Shown one piece after another: positions 60,721 to 64,000 of a stretch of DNA of 64,000 nucleotides. The number at the start of each line of letters is the position of its first letter. The first letter of the stretch is position 1. The notes beneath the pieces were generated by a model that saw only the letters and a program-made list of their open reading frames with translations, was not told where the DNA came from and ran no database searches. Source of the stretch: Schmidtea polychroa (taxonomy: Eukaryota); contig CM097887.1 in assembly GCA_044892525.1 (NCBI GenBank), positions 55,552,001 through 55,616,000 of the forward strand, given 5' to 3'. The position numbers were made by a program, and so were the translations under genes.

Positions 60721-61583
60721 ATTTATAAGTGGAACTACCACGAACCCCCTAATATGCTAGTTTAACTTTGAGACACGTGCCCTATAATCGTTATTAATCG
60801 TAAATGCCATCATTATGACCACTGTTGTTGCTTTTGACCTAGAAGGGTGAATTTTAAACTAAAACTCGAATTACAATATATCTTAAATTCACTTACCATA
60901 AGGAGATCTCTCTGTTCAATCATTTTTCGTATTAACCAGCATCGAAATCTTCAGAAATGTCGAGGAGCCAGTAACAGATAGGGTGATTATTCTTCTGGGA
61001 TAGGGTTGATGGAGTAGTTTTCTAAAAAACGAGGAGAAGCAAAGTATAAAAAGCAGATCAGGCTATTATGAACAGCTTCGCTGACGAAGAGACATTGGAT
61101 TGCGACTCAACGATGAGTCCCTCCGTCGACGAAGTCTTCCTTTGAAGCCAATAGGGTTAATAAATAATTAGAAAATCTGAATTAGACATTTAAAATTTTT
61201 GAATAATTTTCTGTATTGTAAATAATTGATTAATGGTTTTGAACCATTAAAACAATCGAATTTAATTCTTAATCCAAACCAATGGAAAACCAAATTGACA
61301 GGCCGAACACTATAGGGAATATAGATAAACCCCAAACGAAAATACAATTTTGGATAATTTCCTTTTGGTTGGGTTGTTGGCTTGTTTGGAGGTTAGGCTC
61401 CTGAATCACCACCGAGTTAGGTATCAACAGATTGTGCCTGTGATGAAATAAAGGTGATGTTAAAGCCCCTTAGGTGAGTTCCCTGGTTACGGATTGCTAA
61501 TGGAAATTTAATCTTAAGTCTATAGTCTAGACATTTTTCACCGCATAATAATCAACAGACTTATATTTTGGGTAATCATAGAT

Positions 61584-61949
61584 ATGTCACAATCAAGCAG
61601 TCATAGTGAAGAGGAGGACCACAGGCAAATGATCACACGGCTCCGTACACGGTACGTCTGGCACCACATCCACCGGTGGAACCAGGGACGAGACCTGGAT
61701 TGCACAAATCGAGTGATCAGGAAGGGCCCCGAAGTAGATGCCCCGGCGTGGGTGAAGGAGGAGCCGGAAAACGATCTTTTGCAAGAGGCCCGTGACCGAG
61801 CGGCCGTCGAGGTGGACGCAGCCCAGGTGCGACTGAGAAAGCTCGACCTGCAAATCCGGGCAAACCGAGAAGGAAAGGCTTTGGAGGACCTGGAGGAGGC
61901 CGAGGCGACCCCGCGAAAAAGGGGGAGGCCTCGCAAGTACCTGGCCTAA
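61584..61949 (+). CDS. Element ORF1 (copy B): 121-aa coiled-coil + AT-hook protein
   Basis: RQMITRLRTRY.W..I..WN.G.DLD...APAWVK.EP...EARDRAA.EV...PRKRGRPRK is shared with 31467-31829. Confidence 0.8.
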   Translation: MSQSSSHSEEEDHRQMITRLRTRYVWHHIHRWNQGRDLDCTNRVIRKGPEVDAPAWVKEEPENDLLQEARDRAAVEVDAAQVRLRKLDLQIRANREGKALEDLEEAEATPRKRGRPRKYLA

Positions 61950-62214
61950 CTCATTCCCAATTCTAACTCACGATGGACATGTAGCCTGATTTATGTGATG
62001 ATGATCCTCACTTGAATAAATTCCCTCTTTACTAGATTAATAAATTTGATTTGATGATGAACTTTACTTCGAACAAATTGCCTCTTTAATAAATTATCGC
62101 AAAACGATTTGATTCATCATAATGATAAAATGTCTTTATAATCAGTACTGACCTTATTATATAATCGACCGAATCTCATGGTGTAATGACATAATCTAAG
62201 CATATTCCTTTCAG

Positions 62215-62645
62215 TGTTCAAACTGTTTGAGAACCTACGGAAAGACCGAGAAGAAGCACAAAAACAGGCCGAGGATCTCCGAGCCCGAGTGGACAAACTC
62301 AAGGGACGGTGCCGGGAACTAGAAAACACCTGGTTTAGTCCCGAGGATATGAAGAAGAAGGTGGCGCAGGTCCTCCAACTGCAAACCTAAGCGGCACAGG
62401 ATCAGATGGAGATCCGGGCCTTGAAGCTCCAACTCCGTGCGTTAGAAACCGAACGCAATGAACAAGTGGTTCATGGAGCCGCAATAAGTCAAATCCGGCC
62501 GTTGACCGTGGAGTTGGCAGCAATGTATCCTCCGGCCGCGAAAGACAAACCCAAAAGGAAGCGGCTGGGACGGAACATCCAGGAAAAATTGAAGAAAGCT
62601 AGACTGGCCGAGTATGAACGCCAAGAATGGTCGACGTCCACGTAA
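62215..62645 (+). pseudogene. Element ORF2 (copy B): coiled-coil protein with one nonsense codon (CAA>TAA at 62388)
   Basis: ENLRKDREEAQKQAEDLRARVDKLK...WFSP...LQT*AAQDQMEIRALKLQLRALE...KPKRKRLGRN aligns without gaps to copy A. Confidence 0.8.
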
Positions 62646-64000
62646 TCTCCGCAATATGAACAGTTATTTAGGCTATACGCCTTGAATTTTCTTTTGTTAT
62701 TGTTATGGGTAAATACATTTGCGTTAGAGTATTGTATGAGGTATGTTGTTCGCAAATATTGAGTGATTGAGAATGAGTGTGTTGAGATTTTGGGAAAACA
62801 ATCTCGATAAGGGACCGAAAGAAATCGGACACATACCTTCTATCGGTAGTCCGTGAACCCATAGAGTACTCGACAATTATAGTGCCTCGATGCGCTCACT
62901 TTTTGCGAGTACTCAACCCTTGGTTCAGTACCAACGTTGATTACTCAACAGGTGCCAAGTGGAAAGAAAATGTTGTATTCTGGGTTACGCTGGTAACAGC
63001 ACTGAATAACAAACACCTGACCACCTGTAACCCACCAATAGTTATTCTTTATTAAAGAAATATTTAAAAAAACTAGTGCATTTAATGTTGCAGGACTCAT
63101 TCTGTTTCTAAGTTTATTGCAAAATATCCCAGCAATAGAAAATATACGTTCCGATGCAGTAGATGTTGGTTTCACCGTCAGTAAGGCTTGATATAATTTC
63201 ATATAATCTCTCTGTTCAAGATCCATTATTTGCTTCTAATAGCTTTAACTCTTTCTCAACTGTTAGTGTAACACTATTTTCAGGAGTTTGATTTGTGAAC
63301 TTAGCAATACATTTTTGAAATACTAAATATTCACTACCTGTATCTAAATATTCGTCGGATTGTAATTTTAGTCTATCTAATTCATTAGTATTGCTTAGAA
63401 ACAAACGTACGATTAACGAAGCTGCCAATTGCTTGATTACAGCTTTCGAGGCGCAGCAAAAGAATTCGTTAAATATTGGGTACACTCCATTGTGCAATAG
63501 CATTAACAATGACGTCAAATCCTTATTTCTGCGTTGGTCAACACGTATTTTTAACGAATTTTTCAACTCCTCTGCTGAAGGTGTTACTTTTACTTATCAC
63601 TTATTTAATGGCTTAAAGTTTGTATACACAAAAAATTTAAATGACAAAAGGAAAATTAAATTTTAAATAGTTTTTACATATACATTATAGCAACCACCCA
63701 CAAAGCCTACTTATATAAAATTAATAGAAATAAACTTATTTTATTATAAATTCATATTCAAACCAATTGGGATGGCTAATAGCACCGTCTGCAAGAGTAT
63801 TGTATTGTAAGTGATAGAAATTATGAACAATTTCAAATGAGAAATATGATGTGAAAATTATTTGAACATCAATAATTTGTTATCCGGATATCCGATTCAA
63901 TTACCTGGGTAATAAAATACTCGAAAAAACACTCAAATTATCGGGTACCCGAATTGGAAATACTAATTGCAAGGATTGCAAATAATGAGATATATATAAT

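Larger units (their letters stand above)
57765..63037 (+). mobile_element. Element B: 5,273-bp TG...CA element with 4-bp TSD (ATAG), AT-hook ORF and coiled-coil ORF
   Basis: ATAG|TGTTGGGCTAG...GTAACCCACCA|ATAG. The boundaries are independently confirmed because removing B restores the host hAT. Confidence 0.88.
57603..63965 (-). mobile_element. Internally deleted hAT element (~1.1 kb without the insert), interrupted by element B
   Basis: TIRs TAGTGTTTCCAA / TTGGAAATACTA; 8-bp TSD ATTGTAAG / ATTGCAAG; subterminal ATTACC(T/G)GG repeats; hATC remnant KPTSTASERIFSIAG...RNRMSPATLNALVFL (~63050-63570). Confidence 0.88.

Noticed and set aside
62945-63226. ORF apparently fusing the hAT C-terminus to a novel tail
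   Set aside because: A frameshift near LVFL lets the frame run into the 3' end of inserted element B; not a real fusion.

Overview
This is AT-rich eukaryotic DNA, almost certainly from an invertebrate animal: it has TRPM, LIN52 and LARP1 genes, and the LIN52 introns are only 39-41 nt. Host genes are a TRPM channel (minus strand, probably running off the left edge), LIN52, LARP1 and an intronless lipase of a family better known from bacteria, fungi and plants. About two-thirds of the window is mobile DNA. (1) A 13.8-kb Polinton/Maverick (adintovirus-like) element at 11187-24959 has 268-bp TIRs, and each TIR is itself bounded by an inverted copy of the 22-bp terminus. It encodes a major capsid protein, a Zn-finger-PLA2-integrase fusion, a packaging ATPase, a pX-like core precursor, a protease, a penton, a fibre-like protein and pPolB. 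The enzymes are disabled but the capsid ORFs are open. (2) A family of unusual TG...CA elements has 4-bp target duplications: A at 24994-35176, B at 57765-63037, C nested in A at 27480-29286, plus several fragments. They have no gag/pol and no transposase. A and B carry a conserved AT-hook ORF, a coiled-coil ORF, a quasi-phased AT-rich array, and covarying stem-loops including a GNRA hairpin at the 3' end. (3) There are also decayed hAT, Tc1/IS630-like and piggyBac-like transposons. All assignments come from motif recognition and by-eye alignment; no database searches were run.
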